This document shows positions 26,389 through 39,431 of a stretch of DNA of 64,000 nt, piece after piece. Where the stretch lies: assembly GCF_006345805.1 (NCBI RefSeq), contig NC_043002.1, positions 61,380,001-61,444,000 of the forward strand, read 5' to 3'. The number at the start of each line of letters is the position of its first letter. Position 1 is the first letter of the stretch. Origin of the DNA: Octopus sinensis (lineage: Eukaryota). Under the pieces are notes generated by a model. It was not told the origin of the DNA, searched no databases, and was given only the letters and a program-made list of their open reading frames with translations. Position numbers and translations under genes: made by a program.

Positions 26389-27276
26389 CTATTTGTTAGG
26401 CTTGTTTTGTTTTTTTCTTTTCGAACATATATTATTCAGATTTGCACGAAAATGTTTACTAACTATGAAATACATTATAAAGTTTAGACAGTAGTTCATC
26501 AGAGCTAGCATATCTGAAAAATGGTAACTGGAATAAAATTTGCAATTCGAAAATATTATAACAAAGTTATAGTTTGAATGGTGAAACAGTGTTAACAGAA
26601 ATACAAAATTTATAGTAATTATGATACACAGCAACTTCTTGCTTTGAGTTGCACCGCTTCGATTAGAATACTGACCCAGGTTCGGTTGACTGAATAATTT
26701 GTAAATTGAAATAATAGTGCTTAAAGCTTAGCACGATGCGGGAATAAAAGAAGTAGTGACTACAGTTAGCCTAGGAGGACGTTTCTGGAAAGAAAAATAA
26801 TGTGCAGTATGAAGAAACAACGATAAAAAGAAGAGAGAACAGTACGATGTATGGGATAAATTTTTTCGCTAAATACCGTCGTGAAAATGGATAACAGACC
26901 ACCAACAATCGTTCAACGGAAATGCTCACTGTTATCCAGGAAGAATACATAAAATAGAAAGGATGTGACCAAAAGGGCGATTTCCGTTCAAGTATGCTTC
27001 CAAAAATTCTAAATTATATGATATCCAAATATTTCTTAAGCAAATCATCAGGATTTGAAAATTATCGACAATAAGAAGGCAGAGAAGATACGGAGCAATT
27101 TTAGACTTTTGCATGGATTTGCTGTAAAATATTGCCATGGTGGTTAAATTGCCGATAGTTCCAAAAGTTAACAAAATTATGGATGCATACCGTACAAATT
27201 AAATGACAGCAATGTTTGTTCTATCAAAGTTAATGATCACGGTACAGTTCTTAAATATGCTTTCTTCTATATCCTC
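26389..27276 (-). pseudogene. GPCR paralogue C, pseudogene
   Basis: Homologous segments (TFGTIGNLTT, PYLLCLLIVD, SWITVSISVERLL, MNYCLNFIMY) lie in different frames. The start-codon position reads GAG (27274-27276), and there are in-frame stops and frameshifts. Confidence 0.85.
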
Positions 27277-27332
27277 TTTAACAAATATTCATTAATACTA
27301 GCAATAATGCAGAAATTTGTTTAATAATAATG

Positions 27333-27365
<33 letters not shown>

Positions 27366-27391
27366 TAATAATAATAATAATAATGATAATG

Positions 27392-27945
27392 CGCAGAAAG
27401 TGTACAAGCGTAGATTCGAGAAGGTAGCCCAAAACTTCTACTGAGTACTATTTCCGTAAGTATGGATGGTTACGGGTGCTTGGAACCAAAATACACTGGA
27501 AAATGTAATGAACGAAAAAGTGAAGGCAAAAATTCTCTCTGATTTTGATTTCCAAACACACAAGGTGTCAGAGTGCCGCAGGTTGCAAATAGTAACCTTT
27601 AGGAGGGTCAAATAAGAGTGACTAATAACTGATGTGGCAGTGCCACGAGATCAACAAATTATTATGAAAGAAAGAGAAAAGACTGATAATTATGGAGACC
27701 TGAGAATTGTGATATGAGCGTCAAACATAAAGTTTATCCCTATTGTCATCGGAGCGTTTGGTTCAATACTACCTAATCCGAAAAAAAAAACATGTGTAAA
27801 CCTTAGAATTACCCTTCAATCTAATGTCGGCATTACTTGGAACTGCTTTCTGTCTGAGGTCTTCGTTGACTGGACAAGCAGTGCAAAACTCCGATAGACC
27901 CAATAGCTTCAATCTCACGATATTGTATACTGTGCGACGTCTATA
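27392..27945 (+). mobile_element. Decayed R4/Dong-like RLE fragment between (TAA)n tracts
   Basis: WDF.IQT-like, IDVAVP and IPIVIGAFG remnants. Confidence 0.55.
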
Positions 27946-28399
27946 ATAATAATAATGATGATAATAATATAATAATAATATTAATAATGTCACTCATAAT
28001 AATAATAATAATAATCCTAATTTCAAATTTTGGCCATTGGCCAGCTACTTTGGATATTTAAGTCGATCACATCGACAACGGTTCTCAACTGGTGCCTATT
28101 TTATCTACTCTAAAAGAATGACTGGCAAAGTTGACCTCTACGGAGTTTCAACTCAGATCATAAAGAGAGAGGAAACACCGATTGACAGACTGTTTGCTGT
28201 GCTATCAAAACTGCTAGATCGCTATCTTAGCAACCAGAAGAACAAGAACAAGAACACCAGCAAAAACAACATAAAAAAGAGCAACAAAATCAATATTAAT
28301 TATTTCAATTTTTCGCCTCAAGGACAGCTTGTGGTTGGTGGGGATAAGACGATAACAACAACAGCAATAAAACAACTATACTGTAAGCCGGAGTTGTGA

Positions 28400-28669
28400 G
28401 CTCCAGAATTGAAAATTATTCAAAAAAAAGTTGGACATTATCGGGATGGTTCAAATACGGAAAACATCATTTCTTAGGAATGTGAGAGAATTTTAAAAGT
28501 CAGTTGGTTGTGGACATCTGATACATGTATCTCACTGCCAGGAACGGATGTTGTTTGATTAGCAGAATAATAACAAGAGCCACAGCAACAACAATAAATT
28601 CAATTATATATATAAAAATAATAATCATAATACTAATAATAGTAGTAGCAGCAGTAGCAGCAGCAGCAG

Positions 28670-28743
<74 letters not shown>

Positions 28744-29740
28744 CCATCAGCAGCTGCAGCAGCAGCGGCGGCGGCGGCAGCAGTAGTAGTAGTAGTAAAG
28801 TTATTAGTGTTAATAACCATACTAATAAGTAATAAAAGTTTTGTGACGTGTAATTAATAGACGTGTCAGAATGAAAGAATTAATTATTGTGGATGTTTAA
28901 CGCTTTCTCAGATAAACCCCTGCATAAACGTCGGTATGCATAAGGGTATAGAATTGGCTACGTATGCATATACATACGCAATCACAAAATCACTTAAGCG
29001 TATAAATGTACTTATGATTGTACATCTATATAGTGTATACATGTATACATATATGGGTGGGTGTGTTTGTGTGAGTGTGTGTCTCGGTGTGTGTGCGCGT
29101 GTTTAGATATGGATGTGCGTGTAAATATGAAATTATGCAAATATTGTCGTAAAAACACAAGAAGTAACAATGAATGGTGTTTTATACGGAGTTGGACACT
29201 GGAGGTTAACGTTTTACACTAAATATCACATCTAGGGTTTGGTGATGTGTATTATTCCTGTGTATGATATTTCGCTTCACGGTTCTTGAGTTCGTTTAGT
29301 TGTAAATATGTAATTCTGAGACGGGCTGTCGAAATGTTGGCGTGACTGCTTATTCAGCGTGACGGCATTGTTTAAAGGCTAGAATGGTGTGGACTAAATT
29401 AGTCATGAGTCAGTATTCCGATAGTGAAAAATAAAATTCCAATTTCATGTGTAGCAATAAGTTCAGGAGCGATAAATCTTTCTTAAATATATATATAACG
29501 CATTCGGAATTATCGTCTTCATTTAATCCCATTCAAAATCATGAAGAATTCTCAAAGATGGATAAGATGAACAGGATTCAGTGTGCAGAATATTTAGAAG
29601 AAAGATTGTAACTTTGCAGTTATGGGTTTATAGGATCAAAATATAATCACGATGATATCGAAGGTTGCAATGGTGATCAAGAAAGCAATGTTGATTTTCA
29701 TAATTAGTATTATGATGTGATAACAATACACGTACAATTT
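28400..29740 (-). promoter_or_regulatory. Conserved upstream block of GPCR C
   Basis: Matches 2860-3740 (ccaggaacggatg; ctgagacgggctgtcgaaatgttggc). Confidence 0.5.
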
Positions 29741-29914
29741 CAATAGGATACTAAATCAATATATACTGTTTAGTAAATGTAAGCAATTGTGTTGTACAGA
29801 TGTGGAAGCATAACACCACCCACCAACATTATGACAACTCACACACGCACATGTTTTATAAACACACACACACACACGCACACACACCACACACACGCAA
29901 ACACACACACACAC

Positions 29915-29974
<60 letters not shown>

Positions 29975-30600
29975 ATAATGCAATACAAATGTATTACTTT
30001 CCAGTAAAATATAGCCCCATAAGGGTAGAATTATACATTATTATTTTCATTGAAAGCTCCTTCACTGTTCTCGTTCTGTTAACGGCTTGGCGTTCAGATG
30101 AGTATACTGGCATTGATGTGGCAACATTTGAAATATTGTCTAGGTAAATGCAGCTGATGAAGTCTAATCAAATTTACGTTGCCAAACATATTTGATGAGT
30201 TAGAAACCGGTCCTGCATTATCCGATTCTAGGTTGTCCATTTATCGAATGTTCTTCCAAGAGGTGAGACACAATTTTTTCATGTTTGTTGCACACACACG
30301 TCTTTGGTAGTAAGTACGCAGTGAAGCTATACAACAGCGTCGTATTTGTATCTGCGTATATATATATATATATATAATAGAAATATTAAAATTACTAAGT
30401 CTCTTTAAAAGAGATTACGACAGCGTTTCTGGAAATTAATAGTTATCGCCATGCTAATATGGCATTCTTAAAAATAAGAATAAAGCTGTCGCTGATTAGC
30501 TCCATGAAGCCATCGCCTCAAGCTAGCTACTTGACACACAAACTGCGTCTGTTATTAAACCTTCGAACAGGGGAGGTCAGCCGCTTCAACCTGCTAGTCC

Positions 30601-30653
30601 GACAGCTACAGACATGTTTCAGAGTTGTTGCCCCTTCTCAATGCAGCGTAGTC
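30601..30653 (-). ncRNA. Type I hammerhead ribozyme, U3-A8 core variant (array unit 1)
   Basis: GCUGCA-UUGAGAA-GGGG(CAACAA)CUCU-GAAA-CAUG-UC^UGUAGC. Stem I 6 bp, palindromic stem III ACAUGU, GUC site cut between 30611 and 30610. Confidence 0.75.
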
Positions 30654-30963
30654 AGACCTGCAGGTGTCGCTACTGACCGTCTCCGTTCGAAGATTCTATT
30701 TACCTAGTTACGGTGGAATACATCCACTTGTTTTCAATAATAGAAATATTAAAATTACTAAGTCTCTTTAAAAGAGATTACGACAGCGTTTCTGGAAATT
30801 AATAGTTATCGCCATACTAATATGGCATTCTTAAAAATAAGAATAAAGCTGTCGCTGATTAGCTCCATGAAGCCATCGCCTCAAGCTAGCTACTTGACAC
30901 ACAAACTGCGTCCGTTATGAAACCTTCGAACAGGGGAGGTCAGCCGCTTCAATCTGCTAGTCC

Positions 30964-31016
30964 GACAGCTACAGACATGTTTCAGGGTTGTTGCCCCTTC
31001 TCAATGCAGCGTAGTC
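30964..31016 (-). ncRNA. Type I hammerhead ribozyme, U3-A8 core variant (array unit 2)
   Basis: As unit 1 but stem II is GGGG/CCCU. Site lies 363 nt from the first. Confidence 0.78.
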
Positions 31017-31432
31017 AGACCTGCAGGTGTCGCTACTGACCGTCTCCGTTCGAAGATTCTATTTACCTAGTTACGGTGGAATACATCCACTTGTTTTCAA
31101 TAATAGAAATATTAAAATTATTAAGTCTCTTTAAAAGAGATTACGACAGCGTTTCTGGAAATTAATAGTTATCGCCATATTAATATAGCATTCTTAAAAA
31201 TAAGAATAAAGCTGTCGCTGATTAGCTCCATGAAGCCATCGCCTCAAGCTAGCTACTTGACACACAAACTGCGTCCGTTATTAAACCTTCGAACAGATTT
31301 TATATCAGAAGAATTCAGCAAAAAGTGTGTGACCGACGACAAAGTAAGAAATGATGATGCAGAAATCGATGTAGGTTTTTAAGGACGTAATAAGATGACA
31401 ATATTACACGTGTAGGGACCCCCCTCTCTCTT

Positions 31433-31521
<89 letters not shown>

Positions 31522-31525
<4 letters not shown>

Positions 31526-31722
31526 TGAGAAAAAAGTCGTCAGGATTTTGGAAAAATCCTTTTATTTCCTCCATATTATTAGCGCTTTCGTTTCTCTCTA
31601 GAACTTGTCAAACACAATTTTGAAATTGTATTTGACAAGTTCTAGAGAGGAAAGAAAGCGCTAATAATAAGGAAGAAAAAAAAGGATTTTTTTCAAAATT
31701 GTGACGGCATTTTTCTCAATAT
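31522..31722. repeat. About 200-bp hairpin element with a minimal U3-A8 HHR motif in its arms
   Basis: Arms are reverse complements. Single-arm copy at about 38617-38725. Minus-strand UUGACAA-GUUC..AAC-GAAA-GCGC-UA at 31577-31614. Confidence 0.7.
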
Positions 31723-31756
31723 TCAATTCTGTACATCACACCTAACACTCTATACA

Positions 31757-31788
<32 letters not shown>

Positions 31789-31796
31789 CGTATATA

Positions 31797-31852
<56 letters not shown>

Positions 31853-32230
31853 TATATACATATGCATTCTGTAACGAATATTAACGATAGTAGTGAGATT
31901 AATGTCTAGAAGCGATAACCGTGTATTAACGAATGGAAATGATCATGTTTAGAAGGGATTATATGTCACAATATTAGATTAGTATCTTTAGTCAATACAC
32001 GGTGGTACTTTAAAAACATGAAGTTTATAGATACTACTACTATTATTATTATTATTATTACCATCATCATCATCATCATCATCATTATTATTATTATTAT
32101 TATTATTATTGCTATTATTTCCCGAGTTCTCACTCGTGAATGATTCTCAATATATGTCAGAAAATGCACGTGATTGCTCCTTTAATATGTATATACGAGT
32201 GTGTGTGTATTTGCGTGTGTATGAATGTAT

Positions 32231-32273
<43 letters not shown>

Positions 32274-32315
32274 AGTATATATATATATATGTGTGTGTAC
32301 GTATATATACACATA

Positions 32316-32385
<70 letters not shown>

Positions 32386-32535
32386 GTAGTTGAATGAATT
32401 ATCTTAGTATGGATAATTCGGTTAACCGATACCTGGGTAGCAAATTCACGTCAGAAAAACACGGTTGAAGCTACATGCCAAGGGCAGAGATCACGTGCTT
32501 TCGTGTGGAAATTTGTGTGTTTTTTTAATACAAAT

Positions 32536-32853
32536 AAATGAAAGAATGGCGTTGAACGACGATTTAACAAAATTCCTTTATTCTCGCCATATATTTCGAA
32601 GGCTGCATATTCCTAATTCCGAAGGAATAAGGGGTGCATTATACCCACACGGAGCCCATTGCTCTGGGTTCCGTGTGGGCAGTCATCTAAAAGTTTTTAT
32701 TCATCTTGATGCTGACATAAGTTCCTTGTTTTTCCTGATGAGAAGGCGGCATAATGCACCCCTTATTCCGTCGAAATTAGGAATATGCAGCCTTCAAAAC
32801 ATAAGTCGAGAATAAAGGAATTTTGCTAAATCGTCGTTCAACTCCATTATTTC

Positions 32854-32857
<4 letters not shown>
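32536..32857 (+). mobile_element. Penelope-type pLTR plus inverted partial pLTR, with HHR carrying G12>A
   Basis: About 110-bp inverted arms. CTGATGA at 32735-32741, long stem II, AAAA instead of GAAA at 32796. Same family as 50170-50350. Confidence 0.7.
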
Positions 32858-32890
<33 letters not shown>

Positions 32891-33094
32891 ATCCAAACAT
32901 GAAAACACAAAGAGAAAACATAACAACGCGAGGACGTGGAACAAGTATAGTATTATTGGACGCCTAGGAAAGAAGGAAAGAAGGAGAGTTTAACGTCTCG
33001 AGCGGAGCTCTTCGTTAGAAACACAGGAAAAGGATAGATCCAAAGAAAGGAAGACGGAGGAAAAAAGTCGCCAACGGTACATACGCAGTCACAT

Positions 33095-33174
<80 letters not shown>

Positions 33175-33329
33175 AATGTATGTGTGTGTTTTACAGTTTT
33201 TACAATATTTCGGAGGAAAAAAACTGTTACCAGGGTAGCAAAAATTCACACAAGTAACCAGTATGTAACAACCTATTTATAAAGGTACAAACTCCAGGTT
33301 TAGGTGAAATATTTTGTATAATATAAATA

Positions 33330-34280
33330 AATAAATAAATGGAATTAAACGCAGGTGTTATCCAAATTCTCTTACATCCGATAAATGTTTCGAGGACAGC
33401 ATTAAAATTATTCCAGAAGGAATAAAATGGTGTAAAGCAATACAATCTTTTAATCAGAGACAGAAAGAATCCAAACAGATGAAACATTTTAACAGAATGT
33501 GATGATTGTGTATGTGATGAAGGGAATGCTATCAATTTGAAAAAAATAACCGATAGTAGATATATCGTCGAAGGTATATTAAAGAAAGAGGAGAAAGAAC
33601 GAAATTAGCAGAAAACTAATAGTGAAAAGATATAGAGCAATAGGTGAATTAGAATAAAGCTTCAATTTATGAGAGTAAATATAGTTAGTGGAAGTGAAAT
33701 GAAAGAATGTCAAAGGTTGAATTTTATAGAATGGTAGAAATCACTTATAGAAACTAAAGGTATATTTGCAACGTTAAACGTGTTCCATAAATGTGGGATT
33801 CTTTGAAAAAAGGGTAAAAGACATTTCACTACTACAAAGGAGGCAAGAATAATATTTACCTTCGTCATAAAGTAAAGAAATAGAGAGAATATTCCATTCC
33901 AACTTAAATTGTTTATTATAATCTGTTAGATACAAGATTAATTTTACTAAGCCCAGTTTTTTTTACGTTTATTCGCATGCCTAATGAAGAGTAATAATTA
34001 GATATTCTTTGGGACAACTGAGATGAAGGACTACCTATATAAAAAAGACGCCAGGACCAGAAGTAACGTTTAAAAAAAACACTTGATAGCGTTGCCTCCC
34101 TCATAAACAAAGTCATCAAATTCTCTTGAAATGTCTTATTGATGTGTTTTGCTATTTCTGTCCCTGACGAGAAGGTTGCATTCTTTTACCCCATTTTATT
34201 CCTTCTGGAATAATACCAATGTTGTATTCGAAACATATGTAGCAAGTAAAAGAATTTGAATAACAACTGCGTTTAACACC
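33330..34280 (-). mobile_element. 5'-truncated Penelope-like element: sense pLTR, GIY-YIG-like remnant, inverted pLTR
   Basis: About 33340-33470 is the inverted homologue of 34150-34280. LFYIGSPSSQLSQRISNY on the minus strand. HHR core CTGACGA...GAAACATATGTA at 34164-34241 with broken stem I. Confidence 0.6.
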
Positions 34281-34328
34281 ATCTATCTATCTGTCTATAT
34301 ATATATATACATATACACACACACACAA

Positions 34329-34396
<68 letters not shown>

Positions 34397-34495
34397 CTGT
34401 ATGTAAGTGATTGCGTGCATGTCGATGGAATATTTGGATGTAGTTTAAAATATCGAAATTTTAAGATGTAGCCATAAACGAAATGTGTTTAATTA

Positions 34496-35750
34496 TTATA
34501 CATCCCTCTCAATATTATATATATTCCGTCTAGTTGTTACGTTTGGCTTTTTGGAACATATATACTTCACATTTTCCAGAAAGCTCTTACCAACTATAAA
34601 GTACATTATGAAATTAACGCCGTTATTCGTCAGAGCTAGAATCGCAGTAAAATAGTAAGTGGAATCAAGTTTGCAATCCTTATATACTATAACAAAAATA
34701 TAGATGGAAGTAAGAAACGTTGTTAAGAGAAATACAAAACTTTATAGTAATTACGATATATATTGAATTCCTGTATTGAGTTGCAACGCTTCGGTTATAA
34801 TTCTGACCAACGTTAAGTCGTCTGAATAATTTCTAAATTTAAATAATAGAGCTTAAAGCTAAACATGTTGCAGGTATAAAGGAATATGTGGTTAAAGATA
34901 GAATGAAAGCGTAGGCGAGGGGTACTGGAAAGAAAAATGTGGTGGTGACCCCCTTCGGTCAGACACTGACCATGGATTTGCATCTAGAGAGTTACCCTCT
35001 GAGGCACAAGTCTGGGCAAGGTTGTTTTATGGAAGACCAGCAGTCGCCCATGCATACCGGCCTCCCCTCTCCACGTCACCGAGGTTGTCCAAGTGAAAGG
35101 CAAGGGCCGATACAGCTTGGCACCTGTGACGTCGCAACTCATTTCTACAGCTGAGTGAACTGGAGCAACGTGAAATAAAGTGTCTTGTTCAAGAACACAA
35201 CACGCAGCCCGGTCCGGGATTCGGGCTCATAACCTCACGATCGTAAGCTCGACGCTCTAACCACTGAGCCATGCGCCTTCATAGCATACAATATATACCA
35301 ATATCAATAAAAAGTATAGTTACCCTTACAATATATGGGGTAGAGTTTCTTGTAGACTAGCGTCGTGAAAATCGATAGCACACCGCCAGCAATCGTTCAA
35401 CAGAAATACTCACTGTTATCCAGGAAGAATACATAAATAAAATACTAACGATGTTAAGTGAAAGTATAATGTCCGAAAATTCTAAATTATATGATATCCA
35501 AATATTTGTTATGCATGTCATCAAAATTAGAAAACTATGGATAATAAGAAGGCGGAGAAGATATGGATTAATTTTAGACTTTTGCATGGATTTGCTGCTA
35601 AAATATTTCCATGGTGGTTAAATTACCGATACTTCCAAAAGTGAAGAAAATTATAGATCCATACCGTAGAGAATACATGACAACAACGTTTCTTATATTA
35701 ATATTAATGACCAGGGTACAGTTGTTAAGTATGCTTTCTTTTTCATCCAT
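34496..35750 (-). pseudogene. GPCR paralogue D, pseudogene interrupted by a SINE
   Basis: ATG 35750 (MDEKESILNNCT). Frameshift near 35600, stop at 35357, SINE at 34941-35281, TAT>TAG at 34833-34835, +1 frameshift near 34740. TM7 LTNNGVNFIMY and C-terminus are intact. Confidence 0.85.
34941..35281 (-). mobile_element. tRNA-derived SINE (Nin/Deu-like core) inserted in GPCR D
   Basis: Head GGCGCATGGCTCAGTGGTTAGAGCG; core CTTGAACAAGACACTTTATTTCACGTTGCTCCAGTTCACTCAGCTG. GPCR text rejoins across it. Confidence 0.8.
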
Positions 35751-35777
35751 TTCAACAAATATTCAGCAATACTAAGA

Positions 35778-35836
<59 letters not shown>

Positions 35837-35838
<2 letters not shown>

Positions 35839-36395
35839 GCCCTGATGCAGTACCAGGCAGTGGCTCTCATGGCTTCTGATCTTAACTGATTGGAAGTGTT
35901 ATCATGTACATTGTTTTGTCTTGGTATAAAAGATGGGCTACAGCAAATATTCTGCTCAATACCACAGATTTGCTTGTCAGTTGTTTGACCTTAACCAGTT
36001 GAGCAGGTCCCTTCGTGGCTGACAATATGTGCATCTCTGATCACGAGCAGAAGTAGTGGGGGAGCATCATAGCCATGTGTTGAGAGGGATTCTTTGGGGT
36101 TTGAATAGTTCACCTCTGGAAACATGGGTGGTTCTTTCAACATCCTTAAACAACCCTTATTCAGGGACCGTTTGATCGGGATGGGCTACTCAATCTGAAG
36201 AAAATTCTAACTGGGCCCCACCTGCAAGGTCATGTGCTGTTTATCTTGATATGAGATCACCATGTCGCGCACATATGGTTGTGATGCATGTGCCTGGTGT
36301 ACCTTTATCAGACGGGTAGTCATGATGGGTATATTGGGCTTCGTATATTTTACCCCAGTGTCACTTTGATGGCATGCACTGCTCTCTCACTCAAT
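35837..36395 (+). repeat. About 560-bp dispersed non-coding repeat bounded by (AAT)n
   Basis: Partial copies at about 59350-59450, 59640-59790 and 60141-60476, ending gctctctcactcaataataat. Confidence 0.75.
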
Positions 36396-36408
36396 AATAA
36401 TAATAATA

Positions 36409-36587
36409 GTACATGGAACAAATAGGGGTTGCAATAAGGGTGGATCACTTGCAAAAAACAGCACTGATTGGAACCGCTCGAATACTCCGGAAGGTGCTCC
36501 AAAAATAAGAGGTGTTACCTTAGTTCACTTGTAGTGAACAGCTTACACCGTAGTATATCTCGTGCGTTAAAAGCTGTGCAAAGACAA
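36409..36587 (+). mobile_element. R4/Dong-like LINE extreme 3' end
   Basis: EQIGVAIRVDHLQKTALIGTARILRKVLQK* plus (AAT)n tail. Confidence 0.7.
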
Positions 36588-36594
36588 TAATAAT

Positions 36595-36673
<79 letters not shown>

Positions 36674-37692
36674 AAGAAGAAGAAGAAGAAGAAGAAGGAT
36701 TATGTTGATGATAATTATAATAGTAATAATAATAAGATGATGATGATGATTTGTAATAGTAATATTAAAGATTTTGTCGAATATAATTTATACACTTTCG
36801 TATTTTCAGCATGCAAACAACAAGGTGTTATGCGTTCTCAAATATACCTCTGCATAAAAGTTTGTATGCATAAGCTAATGGAAACGGCTACGTATGTATA
36901 CACACAAACAGACACACTCGCACGTAGACATACAAATGTGTATGTAAGTGTTTTTCTCGGTCTGCACACATATATAAATATGTGTGTGTGTGTGTGTATT
37001 TCTCTGTGTGTGGATGTGTGCGTATGTATATATGTAATTATGCTAGTATTGTCACCAAGATTAAAAGTAACTGTTAAGAGTGATTTAATCCGAGGTGTAC
37101 AGTTCTACTTTAGTAGATCATACTATGCGTATTAAATTATTTGAATTTATTCTTGTTAAAAGATGTTTGGACTGTTTAGTGAATCTATATAAATGTGTTT
37201 TAACACCACATTAACACCAGCCTGTCATGGTTGTTGCGTGGTATGGATATATGGACATTAAGAATGATTAAATATATGGCTGTGTGTCTATAATGGGTGT
37301 GTGTATGTGTGTATGTGTTTGTGCCTGTGTGCGTTCCTGTGTTTGTAATATATTTATATGTAATCATGCATGCGTAAATTGATATGAGTTGTTTGGTTCG
37401 TAGATACCTTTATCAATAGATACATCAATAAATCCATTGTTCGACACATAGATATGTGGAGAAAAACAGGGATAGATAAAGTGATAAATAGGTAGGCAGC
37501 TAAAGTAGATAGTTAAATAGATAGATAGACAGCTATATAAAGAGGTTAAAATTGAAAAGGATGGACGTTGGCTGCGCTGGAGGATAGACAGATATACAGA
37601 TGATTAAATGAAAAGATGAAAAGAAAGTTGATGTACAAAATTTAGACATAAAATTAGACAGCTCTCTAGGTATGTAAATTGACGGACATCTA

Positions 37693-37731
<39 letters not shown>

Positions 37732-37737
37732 ACATAC

Positions 37738-37821
<84 letters not shown>

Positions 37822-37822
<1 letters not shown>

Positions 37823-38535
37823 TAGCATTAAAGACCCGTCGTTGCCGGGTCATAGTGCTAGTGCATGTATATATGTGTATATATATGTGTACATATTACA
37901 CGTACATCTATATATATATATACATCTACACATAAAATGCAAAATACAATGTTATATCTTGATATCGCTAGTGATAACAATACTCAAAATATATAAGAGA
38001 CTGGAATTGTTAGCTCTTCTTTTTTCTCTACATTGTATACTTTATAGACAGTCTTTTCTTTAATTTGATTTCTTATTATCCATCTGGACTATTCCATTTC
38101 TGCACGCTAATTTTATTTTTAATTTAATTCCCATTCATGTGAAACCACTTATTCAAGTTCAAATCATTGATGCAATTTTATACCAATTGCTATTTTTACT
38201 TATATCATATTTTAGTTTGATTTTAATTATTACTTACTACATATAATTCAATTGTTATTATTATTTTTATTGTTAAAGTGAAAGCATCTGACATAAAATA
38301 GAGAAATATTTTTGTTTCACTTTTAACACGTAATACTGAAATAGTGGAGAAGATATGATATTGCTATGGGCTCGCTCTAGGCAAGAAGTTGAACATTTTT
38401 TGCCCAAGACACTCCCCGGACCCTAAGGAAGGCATATGTAAAATTTGAATGAAAATGGTTGTGTAGTTCTCAAGTTTTAGGGAAACACACAGACAGACAG
38501 ACAGACAAACATTCTCAGTTTTATATATATGAAGA
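37822..38535 (-). mobile_element. Non-autonomous Helitron-like element (same family as 4175-5376)
   Basis: TC 5' end, subterminal hairpin TGACCCGGCAACGACGGGTC, CTAG 3' end, AT target. Confidence 0.7.
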
Positions 38536-39381
38536 TATATATACAAACAATGTGTGTGTGTATGTTTGTGTGTGCGTGTGTGTGTGTAGAATGTTTGGTG
38601 TGATGTACAGAATTTGAATATTGAGAAAAAAAAGTCGTCAGAATTTTGGAAAAAAAACGTTTTATTTCTTTCATTATTATTAGCGCTTTTGTTCCATTCT
38701 TGAACTTGTCAAATAAAATTTTGTGAATGTACAAACAGCTTATGCCTTTATATAAAAGATGTTTTGGTTTCTTTTTTGTTTAGAAGACAACATTCGTTTG
38801 TTTATTGTTTTTTTGGGGGGTGGGGATGTTCCATAAACAATGGAGATGTAGAGATAGATATATATAGGTAGGTATATAGGCTGATAGATAGACGGATAGA
38901 TAGATAGATGGACGGATAGATAGATAGTCAAACAGATAGACAGATGGACGGTTAGATAGATAGTTAGACAGATAGACAGATAGGGAGAAGAAGAGAGAGA
39001 AGGGATATCCTCCTTCTTATTCACCATTTGTCTATGTATTTATTTATTTATTTATTTAATCCTTTACAATTGTATTGAAATGGGTTTACGGATAGTGACC
39101 TCTTCAAAACAGAAAAAAAACAAGTGCGGTTTAGGCATCACAGAAAGTCATTTTGCTTTCTTTGTCTCTTTTCCCCCGTTATTCCTTCTGTTTTCCAGCT
39201 TTCTTTTTCTTCTATTTGAGTTATATTTAGAATACAAAATGTACTGTCACCACTCCCACACATTAATTTTTATAGGAAATTTTTTGATGAAATGTAGTTC
39301 TGCATGAAAAAAAATTAGCATGATGTTTGCAAATTAACAATTTAAAAAATCAATCAATGAATAAAGTACAATGAATATACA

Positions 39382-39431
<50 letters not shown>

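Larger units (their letters stand above)
30375..31296 (-). repeat. Tandem array, 363-bp unit, about 2.5 copies, HHR-containing (retrozyme-like)
   Basis: Unit starts at 30375, 30738 and 31101, near-identical. Left end abuts (TA)n. Confidence 0.95.

Noticed and set aside
28500-28857. Poly-Ala/Asp/Gly/Ser ORFs on both strands
   Set aside because: Compound trinucleotide microsatellite with no flanking coding signal.
38740-38860. Possible extra GPCR C-terminus (KRMLSSKQKRNQNIFYIKA*)
   Set aside because: Only weak compositional similarity and no TM7 motif upstream.
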